Assembly (NCBI GenBank): GCA_021809545.1
Contig: JAKAYL010000001.1
Span: 21,561-85,560 of the forward strand
DNA: 64,000 nt
Direction: 5' to 3'
From: Thermoplasmata archaeon
Lineage (GTDB): Archaea; Thermoplasmatota; Thermoplasmata; Lutacidiplasmatales; UBA184
The notes beneath the pieces are model-generated. The model saw only the letters and a program-made list of their open reading frames with translations, did no database searches and was not told the DNA's origin. Every line of letters starts with the position of its first letter. Position 1 is the stretch's first letter. Below are positions 18,892 to 27,962 of this stretch, piece by piece. The position numbers were made by a program, and so were the translations under genes.

Positions 18892-19896
18892 ATGGACCCC
18901 CACCGAACGTACGCGAACGTCGATGCGCGGCTCTTGGAGGACCTCCGAAAGGCCGGTCACCGGAGGATCGCCCTCCAGGTGCCCGCCGGGCTCCTCCCCA
19001 TGGCGCCCTCCCTCGCCCTCCAGATCGCGGAAGCGACGGGAGCGACCATCGTCACCCCCACCCGGGCCTGCTTCGGGGGCTGCGATCCCCCGAGCCCCGA
19101 GGAGACCCTGGGGGCCGAGGCGATCGTGACGCTCGGTCACGCACCCATCCTCAACATGACGGAACCCGTCCCCGAGTACTACGTGGAGATGCGCACGGAG
19201 ACGGGGGACGTCGAACGCCTCGCGGAGATCGTGGTCGCCCGAGGGCTCCCCCGGAAGCTGGGCCTCGTCGCCTCCGTCCAGCACTTGGATCTGCTCTCTC
19301 CCCTGATCGCCGCCCTCGCAAAGAAGGGGGTGACGGGGCTCGTCGGCGTGGGAGGCAAGCGCCTGGCCTACCCGGGGCAGGCGCTCGGCTGCAACTATAC
19401 GACGGCGACCACCCTCGAGAAGGACGTGGAGGGCTTCCTCTTCTTGGGCACCGGACGGTTCCACCCCATCGGCCTCTCCCTCTCGGTCGCAGTACCGATC
19501 TGGAGCCTTGATCCGCTCCAAGCGTCCCTGGAAGGGCCCTACGACCGGCAGAAGATGATCAACCAGCGGCTCCTCCTCATCGAGTCCGCGATGGATGCGA
19601 AGCGCTGGGGAGTGCTCGTCAGCACCTTCCCAGGCCAGATGCGCCGAGCGCTCGCCCAGCGCCTCGTCGACAAGGCCTTCGAACACGGGAAGGAGGCCTT
19701 CCTGCTCACCTTCGACCGGCTGGACGGACGGGACCTCGTAGGACGGAAGATGGATGCCTACGTCATCACCGCCTGCCCGCGGATCGCGATCGATGATGCC
19801 TCGCTCTACGACCGACCCATGCTCACCGCACCGGAGTTCCTCTCAGCCATCGGGGACCGCCCCCTCACCCCCTACCTCTTCGACACCTACGTATGA
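18892..19896 (+). CDS. dph2: 2-(3-amino-3-carboxypropyl)histidine synthase Dph2 (diphthamide biosynthesis)
   Basis: ~334 aa with three separated Cys-containing segments (ACFGGCD, GCNYTTA, ITACPRIAID) and ALQVPAGL, typical of archaeal Dph2. Confidence 0.8.
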   Translation: MDPHRTYANVDARLLEDLRKAGHRRIALQVPAGLLPMAPSLALQIAEATGATIVTPTRACFGGCDPPSPEETLGAEAIVTLGHAPILNMTEPVPEYYVEMRTETGDVERLAEIVVARGLPRKLGLVASVQHLDLLSPLIAALAKKGVTGLVGVGGKRLAYPGQALGCNYTTATTLEKDVEGFLFLGTGRFHPIGLSLSVAVPIWSLDPLQASLEGPYDRQKMINQRLLLIESAMDAKRWGVLVSTFPGQMRRALAQRLVDKAFEHGKEAFLLTFDRLDGRDLVGRKMDAYVITACPRIAIDDASLYDRPMLTAPEFLSAIGDRPLTPYLFDTYV

Positions 19897-20309
19897 GCCC
19901 CCTCCTGCTCCGTCTCCTAGGGATCGCCGCGATGGTCGGCGGGGTCGCCCTTTTGGCCCTTGCGTTCCTGACCGGAGGGGCGCACTTCGCGCTCGTCCTC
20001 ATCATCCCGGTCATCTATGGGAGCTCGGGGTACCTGGCGGGAGGCATCCTCCTCTTCTTCCTCGGGATCTTCGTGCTCTTCTGGGCCGCTGCGGAGTCCG
20101 TGAGCGAGGCCCCGGCCGCGCCCCTGCCCTACTCGTCATCTCCCCCCGGTTCTCCGGGTACCCCCTCCTCCCGGACGTCCTATGGGGGATTCCTTCTGAT
20201 CGGCCCCGTGCCGGTGGTTTTCGGAAACCGCCCCGGCTGGCTCCCGTATCTCATCGCCCTCGGATTCCTGACGGTCATCGCATTCCTCCTCTTCTTTGTC
20301 CTCTTCTGA
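19893..20309 (+). CDS. Small four-TM membrane protein
   Basis: Overlaps the Dph2 stop as ATGA. Four hydrophobic helices. Confidence 0.5.
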   Translation: MSPLLLRLLGIAAMVGGVALLALAFLTGGAHFALVLIIPVIYGSSGYLAGGILLFFLGIFVLFWAAAESVSEAPAAPLPYSSSPPGSPGTPSSRTSYGGFLLIGPVPVVFGNRPGWLPYLIALGFLTVIAFLLFFVLF

Positions 20310-20374
20310 ACCGGTAGGAGGACCCGTAACGCAGCCCTTATCCGGGGCCCCTCGTCGGTCTCGTGGAGCAAGGA

Positions 20375-21625
20375 ATGGCGGAAACTGCACCTCCGGGAAC
20401 ACGGCCCCGGTCCTCGATGGTGGCGCTCGCGCTCTACTCCCTCTTTGCCAGCAACCGTGGCAGCCTCTTCACCGTCTATTTCTCCCTCTACCTGGTGGAG
20501 GTGAAGGGGGCCTCCATCGCGGTCGCCCTCACCCTGATCTCGGTGGCTTTCGTCGGGGCAAGCCTCGTCGGGCCCTTGGCGGGCCGGCTCTCCGACCGGA
20601 CGGGACGTCGGAAACCCTTCCTTCTCGTGGGGGAAGGGCTCGCGCTCCCCCTCCTCCTCTCGATACCCTTTCTCCCAGGCTACCTCCCCGCGGGTCTGGC
20701 GTTCATCGCGGGCCAGGTCGCGGCGGCGATCGGGACCCCGGCCCTCAACGCCTACGTGGTCGACACCACCCAGCACGGGGAGCGGGGCCGCTGGTACGGC
20801 CTCCTGGGGGCGACGAACGCCATGGGGGCCGCGATCGGTTTCCCGATCGCCGGATACCTCATGGACCTCTACGGCTTCGAGGCGCTCTTCCTCGTCGCCG
20901 GGACCGTGATGCTCCTCGCCTTCTCGACGGTCCTCGTCCTCCTCCCGGACATCACAGTACCCGTCACCCGGGCCCCCCGGTCTCTGCGCGAGATGCGGAG
21001 TATCTCCATCTTCTCGTTCGCCGTTTCCATCCGGGCGATCGGGTGGGGGGCGGTCGTGACCTTCTATGGGACCTTCGCCTACCTTCTCGGGGCGAACGCC
21101 TTCGACATCAGTCTCATCGCGCTCTCCGGCTACGTGGTGGGGGCCATCATCTCCGTTCCCATGGGCCAGGCCGTCGACCGGATGGGCGCGCTCCGATCGG
21201 TCCTCCTCGGGGCGGCGATCAGCCTCGGGGCCATGCTCATCTTCCTCGTCACTACCACCTGGATCGAGCTCTTCCCCGCGCAGATCACCTACCGGATCGG
21301 TTTTGCGCTGATGAACCCGGCCATGCTCTCCTGGGTCGGAGGGATGGCCCCGACGGGGCGCCGCGCCGAGTACCTTGGTTTCTTCTCCATGATCAACTCG
21401 ACGCTCTGGAGCTCGGGGCCCCTGGTGGGGGCGGTGTCCTTGTCCTTGGGGGGATCCACCGGTCTTTTCCTCATGGCCACCGGAGCGACGCTGATCTCGG
21501 TGATCTCCCTCCCTCTCCTCTATCGCTCGGAACTTCTGGGTCCCCGACGAGCGACCCCTCCCGAAGTGGAAGGGCTTGCGCGAGCGCACCAACCCGACCC
21601 GACGAGCCGGCTGGCCAATCGCTGA
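20375..21625 (+). CDS. MFS transporter
   Basis: 12 TM helices with an MFS-like GxLaDRxGrR loop (GRLSDRTGRRK). ATG at 20375; the track start at 20363 is GTG. Confidence 0.8.
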   Translation: MAETAPPGTRPRSSMVALALYSLFASNRGSLFTVYFSLYLVEVKGASIAVALTLISVAFVGASLVGPLAGRLSDRTGRRKPFLLVGEGLALPLLLSIPFLPGYLPAGLAFIAGQVAAAIGTPALNAYVVDTTQHGERGRWYGLLGATNAMGAAIGFPIAGYLMDLYGFEALFLVAGTVMLLAFSTVLVLLPDITVPVTRAPRSLREMRSISIFSFAVSIRAIGWGAVVTFYGTFAYLLGANAFDISLIALSGYVVGAIISVPMGQAVDRMGALRSVLLGAAISLGAMLIFLVTTTWIELFPAQITYRIGFALMNPAMLSWVGGMAPTGRRAEYLGFFSMINSTLWSSGPLVGAVSLSLGGSTGLFLMATGATLISVISLPLLYRSELLGPRRATPPEVEGLARAHQPDPTSRLANR

Positions 21626-21673
21626 CTGGCACTGCGGGTGCGTGGAACGCGACTCCCAAGGAAAAGGAGTGGA

Positions 21674-22906
21674 CTAGGGGCGGATCGCTTGGGCGATCGC
21701 CAGGGCCCGCACCGTCTCCTGGACATCGTGCACGCGCACGATGTCCGCACCCCGCAGGGCCGAGAGCACCGCGGCCCCGAGGGATGCCTCTAGGCGCTCC
21801 GTCGCCATCGCCCCTCCCGTGAGAACTCCCAGGAAGGATTTTCGAGAGGCCCCGATGAGCACGGGAAATCCGAGGGAACGGAACTCCCCAGCGTGGTCGA
21901 TGAGCTCCACGTTCCCCTCGGGAGACTTTCCGAAGCCGATCCCGGGATCGACGATGAGACGGTCCCGCGGGATCCCGTCCGCCAGCGCTCGCCGGGTCCG
22001 CTCCGCCAGGAAGTTGAAGACCTCACCCCGGAGGTCCCGGTACTCGGTGTTCTTCTGCATGGTCGCAGGAGTCCCCCGCATATGCATCGCCACGGCCGCC
22101 GCCTCCCCGTCCCGGACCACGCGGCGCATGGCCGAGAGGGCGAGGCCGCTCACGTCATTCACCATCCCGACACCGAGCGCGAGGGCCTTGCGTGCGACCG
22201 AGGGCCGGCGTGTGTCGATGGACAGTGGGATCTCCACCTTGCGGAGGAGTCCCTCCAGCACCGGGAGGACACGACGAGCTTCCTCCGCCTCGGAGACGAA
22301 GCGGGCCGAGGGTCGGGTGGATTCCCCTCCGATATCGAGGAGGTCGGCCCCTTCTTGGACGAGACGGATCCCCTGAGCGATCGCGGCCTCGGTCGAGAAG
22401 AACTTGCCCCCGTCGGAAAAGGAGTCCGGGGTCACGTTCACGACTCCCATGACGAGCGTCTTCCCTCCCAGGCGAAGCCGCCGCCCTCCGGCCAGGCGCA
22501 GCCACCCCTTCTTCTGGCGATCGATGCTGCGGAAACCGGTGGCAAGGCTTTCGAGCGCAGCCCGAGCGGAGAGCGGCGCGCTCCGTGCCCGGCTCGCCAG
22601 CCGGGCGATCTGTCCGGAGGAGACAAAGGCGAGCACGCGCTGCGCTCCCGGTGCGGCGCTGAACGCCGAGGGGGACTTCCCGACCTCCACGCCCTCCTGG
22701 GAGAGCGTCTCGACCAGACGCTGGGCCACGAGAGGGGGAAGGGGATCCCAGACGAGGGGCATGTGCGGGGCGGTCGCCCCGAGCTCCCGCGGGGCGTTCC
22801 CCCGCAGGTTCAGGGCTGTCACAAACTCCTCGAACTCCCGTAAGGTGTTGAACTGGAGGAACCGAGCCGGTGCCCGTGGCGAGGTCACGGACCGGGGTGG
22901 AACCAT
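21674..22906 (-). CDS. folP: Dihydropteroate synthase (pterin-binding DHPS domain) with a ~130-aa N-terminal extension
   Basis: GVVNVTPDSFSDGG, LLDIGGESTRP, SIDT, MVNDVSGL, MHMRGTP and DPGIGFGK. The extension has no recognisable motif. Confidence 0.8.
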   Translation of the reverse strand: MVPPRSVTSPRAPARFLQFNTLREFEEFVTALNLRGNAPRELGATAPHMPLVWDPLPPLVAQRLVETLSQEGVEVGKSPSAFSAAPGAQRVLAFVSSGQIARLASRARSAPLSARAALESLATGFRSIDRQKKGWLRLAGGRRLRLGGKTLVMGVVNVTPDSFSDGGKFFSTEAAIAQGIRLVQEGADLLDIGGESTRPSARFVSEAEEARRVLPVLEGLLRKVEIPLSIDTRRPSVARKALALGVGMVNDVSGLALSAMRRVVRDGEAAAVAMHMRGTPATMQKNTEYRDLRGEVFNFLAERTRRALADGIPRDRLIVDPGIGFGKSPEGNVELIDHAGEFRSLGFPVLIGASRKSFLGVLTGGAMATERLEASLGAAVLSALRGADIVRVHDVQETVRALAIAQAIRP

Positions 22907-23106
22907 CGTCGGCCCCCCGGGTCCGTCCGGAGCGTCCCCCGGGTGCCCGCAGGGGGGAGGATCCCCTCGACGATCGCCATCGTGCGCTCCCCGCGGTCCG
23001 TCTCGATGATGGCGATCCGGTGAGGGGCGGCGAAGCCGGAGGGGGGAACGGTGAGCTCCGTGGCCGCCACGATGCGGCCCGAGACCAGCTCTTCCATCTC
23101 GGGCAT
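22885..23106 (-). CDS. DUF35-like OB-fold domain protein lacking the usual N-terminal zinc ribbon
   Basis: The pattern G-x-I-x-x-T-x-x-x-x-P-P-x-G-F-x-x-P-x-x-I-A-x-I-E-x-D-x-G matches the OB domain of thiolase/HMGCS-associated DUF35 proteins. 73 aa, ATG at 23104-23106. Confidence 0.35.
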   Translation of the reverse strand: MPEMEELVSGRIVAATELTVPPSGFAAPHRIAIIETDRGERTMAIVEGILPPAGTRGTLRTDPGGRRWFHPGP

Positions 23107-23112
23107 GGGAGC

Positions 23113-23928
23113 TCAGTGCCTGACCGGGGCGAGGAGGGTCGCCCCCCGCTCGAGGATGGCCACTTGCTCCTCCGGAAGGGCCTTGGGGAATATCGACAAG
23201 AGGAGGGAACCCGCAGAGCCCTGGGCGAGCTCGCGAGCCACGTCGAGGAGTCGGCGCACGTTCTTCACACCCGCTGCCTCCACCAGGGCCTCAACGGAGG
23301 GCAGGACCACTTTGTAGCCCTGTCCCTTCGCGAAGTGCTTTTCTATGAGGTAGCCGAGACGGTCAAGGTCCCCGGGGGAGACCACGTCCTCTCCCTCAAC
23401 CCGGGAGAGCTTGATGGCCTCAACGCCGGCAAGGCCATACTCCGGGAGGAGGACTTCGGCGGTCTGTGTAAGGAAGACCAGAAGACGCTGGGGAGGGAGC
23501 CCGGCAGCCCCCGCGATCTCGAGGAGATCCCGCTCCCTGCTCGTCTCGAGGAAGCAGAGCGGCTCGAAGAGGGGCCAGGCGGGGGCGGGCGGCGCCTGGG
23601 CGACAAGGATGCTCGCTGCGGTCGCGACCGGAGGCGCAGGGCTCGCGGTCGAAGGCTGGACCGGGAGGGGAGGCTGGGGAGGTGCCTGCGCTGCGGGCGC
23701 GGCAGGATAGAAGGCGGGAGCCTCGCCCAGCTTCTTGCGCTCCTTGAGGATCTTCTTGTTGAGGGAGCGGGCCGGAACGCCCACCGCGATCCCGAAGAGG
23801 GCTCCGAGGAACACGGCGAGAAAGACCATCGTGATCGGGTCCACATAGTTCAGGAACCACAGGAGGAGCGCCGTGATGATCCCGAGGACGACCCCGCTGG
23901 CCGCCGTGCTTCCAGCGCCCGAGGACAT
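23113..23928 (-). CDS. Membrane protein with a Pro/Ala-rich linker and a DUF835-like C-terminal domain
   Basis: Two N-terminal TM helices, then a linker (PAAPAAQAPPQPP). The C-terminal ~130 aa (VEGEDVVSPGDLDRLGYLIEKHF...KVVLPSVEALVEAAG...SLLLSIFPKALPEEQVAILERG) resembles DUF835. Confidence 0.45.
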   Translation of the reverse strand: MSSGAGSTAASGVVLGIITALLLWFLNYVDPITMVFLAVFLGALFGIAVGVPARSLNKKILKERKKLGEAPAFYPAAPAAQAPPQPPLPVQPSTASPAPPVATAASILVAQAPPAPAWPLFEPLCFLETSRERDLLEIAGAAGLPPQRLLVFLTQTAEVLLPEYGLAGVEAIKLSRVEGEDVVSPGDLDRLGYLIEKHFAKGQGYKVVLPSVEALVEAAGVKNVRRLLDVARELAQGSAGSLLLSIFPKALPEEQVAILERGATLLAPVRH

Positions 23929-23931
23929 GGC

Positions 23932-24672
23932 CTACCAGCCTCCGGAGCCGGGAGGAACCGGGCCCTGGGCGTACGGGGGCTGGTGGGATCGGACCTGCCG
24001 AAGGCGCTTGCGGAAGTGGAGGAAGTCCCGGACGATGTAGTACACCTCTGCGATCGCCACGAGGAACAGGATGATCGTGATGACCGTGAGCGGTTGGTAA
24101 GTGGAGAGAAGTTTGACGATGAAGGGGACCTGGCCTCCGACGGAGGTCCCGTTGGCGCTGGTGAAGGTCACCGCCGCGTCGTAGACGCCGGAGAGGAACC
24201 ACCCGTAGGAGGGAAGGTTGGTGTTGCGAATCACCACGTGGCCCGAACCTCCGGCCGGGCACGAGGGGAGCTGGGTCATCTGGACCGCGTACACCACGAG
24301 ACCGAAGAGGAACATCTCGAAGGCGGTCGTGTTGATGGCGGCAGGAGCGGTGCAGGTCCAGGTCACGACGACGGAGGAGATCCCGATCGTGCTCACTAGG
24401 ATCGCGTTCTGGGTGTTGTCGTTGCCGGGACCCACGCTCTGGTTGATCGGCACACCGTTCGTGGCCACGGCGTTGATGAAATAGACGCAGACGTTGAGCG
24501 GCCCCACGGTCTCGTTGTTCGGGCATCCCGACGTATTCAAGGGTAAAGATTGGCCGTTCGGCTGCGCGGCGGGGCCCACGGGGTGTACGGTCCCCGCACC
24601 ACCCGAGACCGCCCCCAGGAAGATGGCCGCCCCTAGCACCAGGACTGCGACCAGACAGGTCCGGAGGAACAT
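23932..24672 (-). CDS. Secreted Cys-containing protein with a C-terminal TM anchor
   Basis: Signal peptide MFLRTCLVAVLVLGAAIFLGA. Six or more Cys, several N-x-S/T sequons and a C-terminal TM (VITIILFLVAIAEVYYIV). Lies 3 bp upstream of the DUF835-like gene. Confidence 0.5.
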   Translation of the reverse strand: MFLRTCLVAVLVLGAAIFLGAVSGGAGTVHPVGPAAQPNGQSLPLNTSGCPNNETVGPLNVCVYFINAVATNGVPINQSVGPGNDNTQNAILVSTIGISSVVVTWTCTAPAAINTTAFEMFLFGLVVYAVQMTQLPSCPAGGSGHVVIRNTNLPSYGWFLSGVYDAAVTFTSANGTSVGGQVPFIVKLLSTYQPLTVITIILFLVAIAEVYYIVRDFLHFRKRLRQVRSHQPPYAQGPVPPGSGGW

Positions 24673-24781
24673 TCTGCCGGCTAATGGTCTGGCCACCTAT
24701 AAGCCTGACGTCGGGCCCCTCGGTCGTCCCCGAGGGAGCGCCTCCGCTCTTCCCGGTGACTGGGGCCCGTCCCGGGCCGGC

Positions 24782-25912
24782 TCAGACCCGGGAAAGGAGC
24801 GTCACGAAGTTGTGGGAACCCATCCCCCCTACGGACTGGGCCAGCCCGACCCGGCGGGTGCCGGCCTGGAGCGGCCCGGCGGTCCCCTCCAGTTGCCGGG
24901 AGAGCTCTACGATCTGGATGAGCCCGGAAGCGCCCACGGGGTGTCCCCGACCCAGGATCCCACCGGAAGGATTCACAGCGACCGGTCCCGAAGGGGACCC
25001 GTTCCCGTCTCGGAGCCATCGGAGCGACTCCCCCGGTCCGCAGATCCCCACATCCTCGAGGTCGATGAGTTCGAAGGGGGCGAAGGCGTCGTGCACCTCG
25101 GCGACGCTCACCTCCTTCCGGGTGAGGTGCGCCATCTCGTAGGCGGCCTTCGCGGCGAGGCGGGTGGCAAGGAATCCGGTCAGGCCCTCCCTGAGGATGA
25201 CGTCCGTCCGGTCCGTCCCCTGTCCCAACCCCACCACCTCCACCCCGGTCCGGTCCCGGGTGAGGAGGACCGCGGCGGCGCCGTCGCTGACGGGAGAGAC
25301 GTGCAGGAGCCGGAGCGGGGAGGAGATGATGCGGCTCCCGTTCACCTCCTCAAGCGTCACGGGCTTCTGGAAATGGGCGAAGGGATTGCGGGAGGCCGCC
25401 GCCCGGTTCGCCACGGTCACGATCCCCACCTCATCGATGGGGAGATGGAAGTGGTCCAGGTACGCCTGGCTCACGAGGGCGGCCATGGAGGGCATGGTCG
25501 CCCCATGGAGGACCTCGAGGGGGGAGAGCGAGTGGGAGAGAACGGTCGTGACGTCGGTGAGCGGAACGGCCGTCATCTTCTCCCCGGCCACGACGAGGGC
25601 GGAGCGGTAGATTCCCGCGGCGACGGCGGCCGCGGCGGCGTGCAGGACGCCCGCGCCCGACGCAGAGGCTGCGTCCACGTGGAGGCCCGGGATCCCGCTG
25701 AGCTCCAGGGCGTCCGCGACCTTGGGGACGAGGTTCTCGAGACCGCAGAGGGGGCCGGGGGCCATGGACCCGACGAAGAGCGCCTCGGGCCGTGCGGCGC
25801 TCGCCGGGGCTCCCCGGAGGGCGTCCTTCCCGGCCTCGGTAAGGAGCTCGAGGAGGCCTTCCTCGCGCTTCCCGAAACGGGAGCGTCCGGTCGCTGCGAC
25901 GTGAACGCTCAT
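24782..25912 (-). CDS. Thiolase (SCP-x/archaeal acetyl-CoA acetyltransferase type)
   Basis: Start MSVHVAATGRSRFGKR, thiolase-fold conservation throughout, C-terminal GGxGxH-like segment. Start chosen at the internal Met; the longer ORF overlaps hjc. Confidence 0.85.
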   Translation of the reverse strand: MSVHVAATGRSRFGKREEGLLELLTEAGKDALRGAPASAARPEALFVGSMAPGPLCGLENLVPKVADALELSGIPGLHVDAASASGAGVLHAAAAAVAAGIYRSALVVAGEKMTAVPLTDVTTVLSHSLSPLEVLHGATMPSMAALVSQAYLDHFHLPIDEVGIVTVANRAAASRNPFAHFQKPVTLEEVNGSRIISSPLRLLHVSPVSDGAAAVLLTRDRTGVEVVGLGQGTDRTDVILREGLTGFLATRLAAKAAYEMAHLTRKEVSVAEVHDAFAPFELIDLEDVGICGPGESLRWLRDGNGSPSGPVAVNPSGGILGRGHPVGASGLIQIVELSRQLEGTAGPLQAGTRRVGLAQSVGGMGSHNFVTLLSRV

Positions 25913-26439
25913 GAGAACTCGAGGACCATCGAGAGGAAGTCCATGAGGGGCATGCCATCCTTCCACCGGAGGACCTGATTTCCCTTCTCCGTGGAGTCAA
26001 GGTTCGGGGTGCGGTTCGCGATGAAGCGGGCGATCCCCTTCGTGTCTCCGTTCGAGGCGGAGAAGAGGCGCCAGGGGTCCCCGTCCCGGACCCCCATGAG
26101 ACGGTACGCGTAGAGGAGGATGAGCCCCGAACGCAGCGTCTCCTTCGTGAGCTGGGCGTACTGCTCCATGTTGCGACCCCGGGAAGCGGTGAAATGGATC
26201 ACGGGCTCCCCCGAGCACTTCACTTCGATTGGGAGTGCGATGGAGTCCCGGAGGGCGAGAAGGTCGAAGCCGTGGGAGCCTGCCGCCCGGATGACGAGGA
26301 AGGGGCGCTCCTCGAGCTTGTCGAGCGCTGCGAGGCGTTCCGGTGAGGCGGCGAGCTTCCGGTACCGGTTGAGGAACTCCCGCTCCCCAGCCATGATGGC
26401 CTTGAGCTCCCGCTCGTAGGAGGAGTACCCTGACGGCAT
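25909..26439 (-). CDS. hjc: Holliday junction resolvase Hjc-like nuclease
   Basis: ERE...VIRAAGSHGFDLLA...IEVK resembles the Hjc catalytic core. ATG at 26437-26439 sits ~25 bp from the TATA at 26463-26472; the ORF-track start is TTG at 26463. Confidence 0.6.
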   Translation of the reverse strand: MPSGYSSYERELKAIMAGEREFLNRYRKLAASPERLAALDKLEERPFLVIRAAGSHGFDLLALRDSIALPIEVKCSGEPVIHFTASRGRNMEQYAQLTKETLRSGLILLYAYRLMGVRDGDPWRLFSASNGDTKGIARFIANRTPNLDSTEKGNQVLRWKDGMPLMDFLSMVLEFS

Positions 26440-26462
26440 CTTGAAAGGGGAAGGACCATACA

Positions 26463-26472
26463 ATAGATATAG
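26463..26472. promoter_or_regulatory. Bidirectional TATA-like element (ATAGATATAG) between hjc and the ATPase gene
   Basis: Near-palindromic AT-rich box ~25-30 bp from both divergent start codons (26439 minus, 26496/26502 plus). Confidence 0.4.
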
Positions 26473-26495
26473 CCTGGGACGATGGGAGGAAACTA

Positions 26496-27962
26496 GTGGC
26501 GATGGGTGTGGCTTCAGGGCATGGTCCTGACTTGGAGGTGGCGGAAGACGAGCTTCCGGTGGCCCGGACCGTCGTCAGTCTCCTGGAAGCTTCGCGCCGG
26601 CACCATGAGGCCCGGGGGAGCAAGAACCTCAGGGCCTCCTTCCGTCTCTCGGAGCTCAAGATGGCCCTGCTCCGGGAGAAGGTCTTCTGTGACCCCCTCC
26701 GGCTCCTCCAACGCCTGAAGCGGGTGGGGCTCCTCGAGGAGGTGGCCGTGACACGGGACGACCGGACCTACGTGCCGACGAGCGAGGAGGACCTCCTCGG
26801 GTTCCTGCGGACCAGCCTCGAGCTCTCCGAGCACGCCCTGGAGGCAGCCCTTGCCCCGCCGACGAACGAGTCCTACGAGATGCGGGAGAGCGATGCGGAG
26901 TACTTCCTCTACCTCAAAGAGCTGCTCGGGGAACGCCTGCGCGAGGCGCTCCGCTTCGCCGAGGAGTTCTCGCTCAAGGACCTCGTCCGCTACACACGCG
27001 AGCTCTTCGGCGAGGAGCTCTACCTCGACATCCTCATCGGGCTCCTCCACCAGTACGCCTTGAGCGACGTGCCCCTCATCGCCCCGACGGGCCGCTCGAC
27101 GGGGACGAGCGGCTTCAATCTCGCCCTCTTCGGCCCCCCCGGAACGGGGAAGACCTTCGCGATCGACGACATGGTCCGGGGGAACCCCAAGGCAGGGATC
27201 CCCGCCCACGGCCTTCCCGGACGGAACCGGTATTGCGGGGGGATCACCCCCGCCCAGTTCCTGCGGGTGGGCTCCTACTATCGGGGACGGACGTTCAACT
27301 TCATCGTGCCGGAATTCAACGACTGGTTCAAGTACCGGGGCATGGTCGAGCCCCTGAAGCTCGTGATGGAGCAACGGCCCGTCAAGTGGGAGACCACGCT
27401 CGGGACGATCGGCCCGTACGTCTTCACGTCGTACTTCTCGGTGAACTACAATGTGCGGGTGGAGGGGGGGAACGACTACTGGACGACGGTCGCAGACCCC
27501 AACTTCGCCGCCCTCGAGGACCGCATGCTGCTGCGCTTCCACCGGATGACCCGGGCCCGCTTCCGGGCGGTCGAGGCGAGCGCAGAGCGCCTCGAGCTCG
27601 GGGAGATCGACTTCTCGGGGGCGCAGCAAGTCCGGGACCACCTGACGCTCCTCCATGCGATCCAGACCGGGCATCCCCTCGTCAAACGCTGGAAACCCCG
27701 GGGGGTCGCGCTCTCCCGGAAGCTGTACGCGACGCTGCGAGGGGTCTCCGAGAAGGCCCTCGAGCGCTCCGCCTCCCCCAATTTCTCCCCCCGGTTGAAG
27801 AGCCGCGCCGTGAAGCTCGCGGCCGCCGGGGCCTTGGTAGGATATTTCACCCAGGAAGACGACGGGAACATCGAGGTCGGCAAGGAAGAGGAGGAGCTGG
27901 CGAGGCTCTTTTATGAAGAGGAGATCAGCGCGAGGGAAGGCAAAGGCTCCAGCCGCTACTGA
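26496..27962 (+). CDS. Uncharacterised P-loop NTPase with an N-terminal winged-helix-like domain
   Basis: Walker A LFGPPGTGKTF at ~aa 205 and candidate Walker B FNFIVPEF. The N-terminal SFRLSELKMALLREKVFCDPLRLLQRLKRVGLLEEV is wHTH-like. No match to a named family by eye. Confidence 0.7.
   Translation: MAMGVASGHGPDLEVAEDELPVARTVVSLLEASRRHHEARGSKNLRASFRLSELKMALLREKVFCDPLRLLQRLKRVGLLEEVAVTRDDRTYVPTSEEDLLGFLRTSLELSEHALEAALAPPTNESYEMRESDAEYFLYLKELLGERLREALRFAEEFSLKDLVRYTRELFGEELYLDILIGLLHQYALSDVPLIAPTGRSTGTSGFNLALFGPPGTGKTFAIDDMVRGNPKAGIPAHGLPGRNRYCGGITPAQFLRVGSYYRGRTFNFIVPEFNDWFKYRGMVEPLKLVMEQRPVKWETTLGTIGPYVFTSYFSVNYNVRVEGGNDYWTTVADPNFAALEDRMLLRFHRMTRARFRAVEASAERLELGEIDFSGAQQVRDHLTLLHAIQTGHPLVKRWKPRGVALSRKLYATLRGVSEKALERSASPNFSPRLKSRAVKLAAAGALVGYFTQEDDGNIEVGKEEEELARLFYEEEISAREGKGSSRY

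Noticed and set aside
26496-27962. Identification of the divergent ATPase as PINA, HerA, Orc1/Cdc6 or another known Hjc-associated ATPase.
   Set aside because: Walker A is GPPGTGKT (AAA+-like), not the GxxGSGKT/S of PilT/HerA-type enzymes. The domain order (wHTH first) is opposite to Orc1/Cdc6. No confident family assignment is possible by eye.
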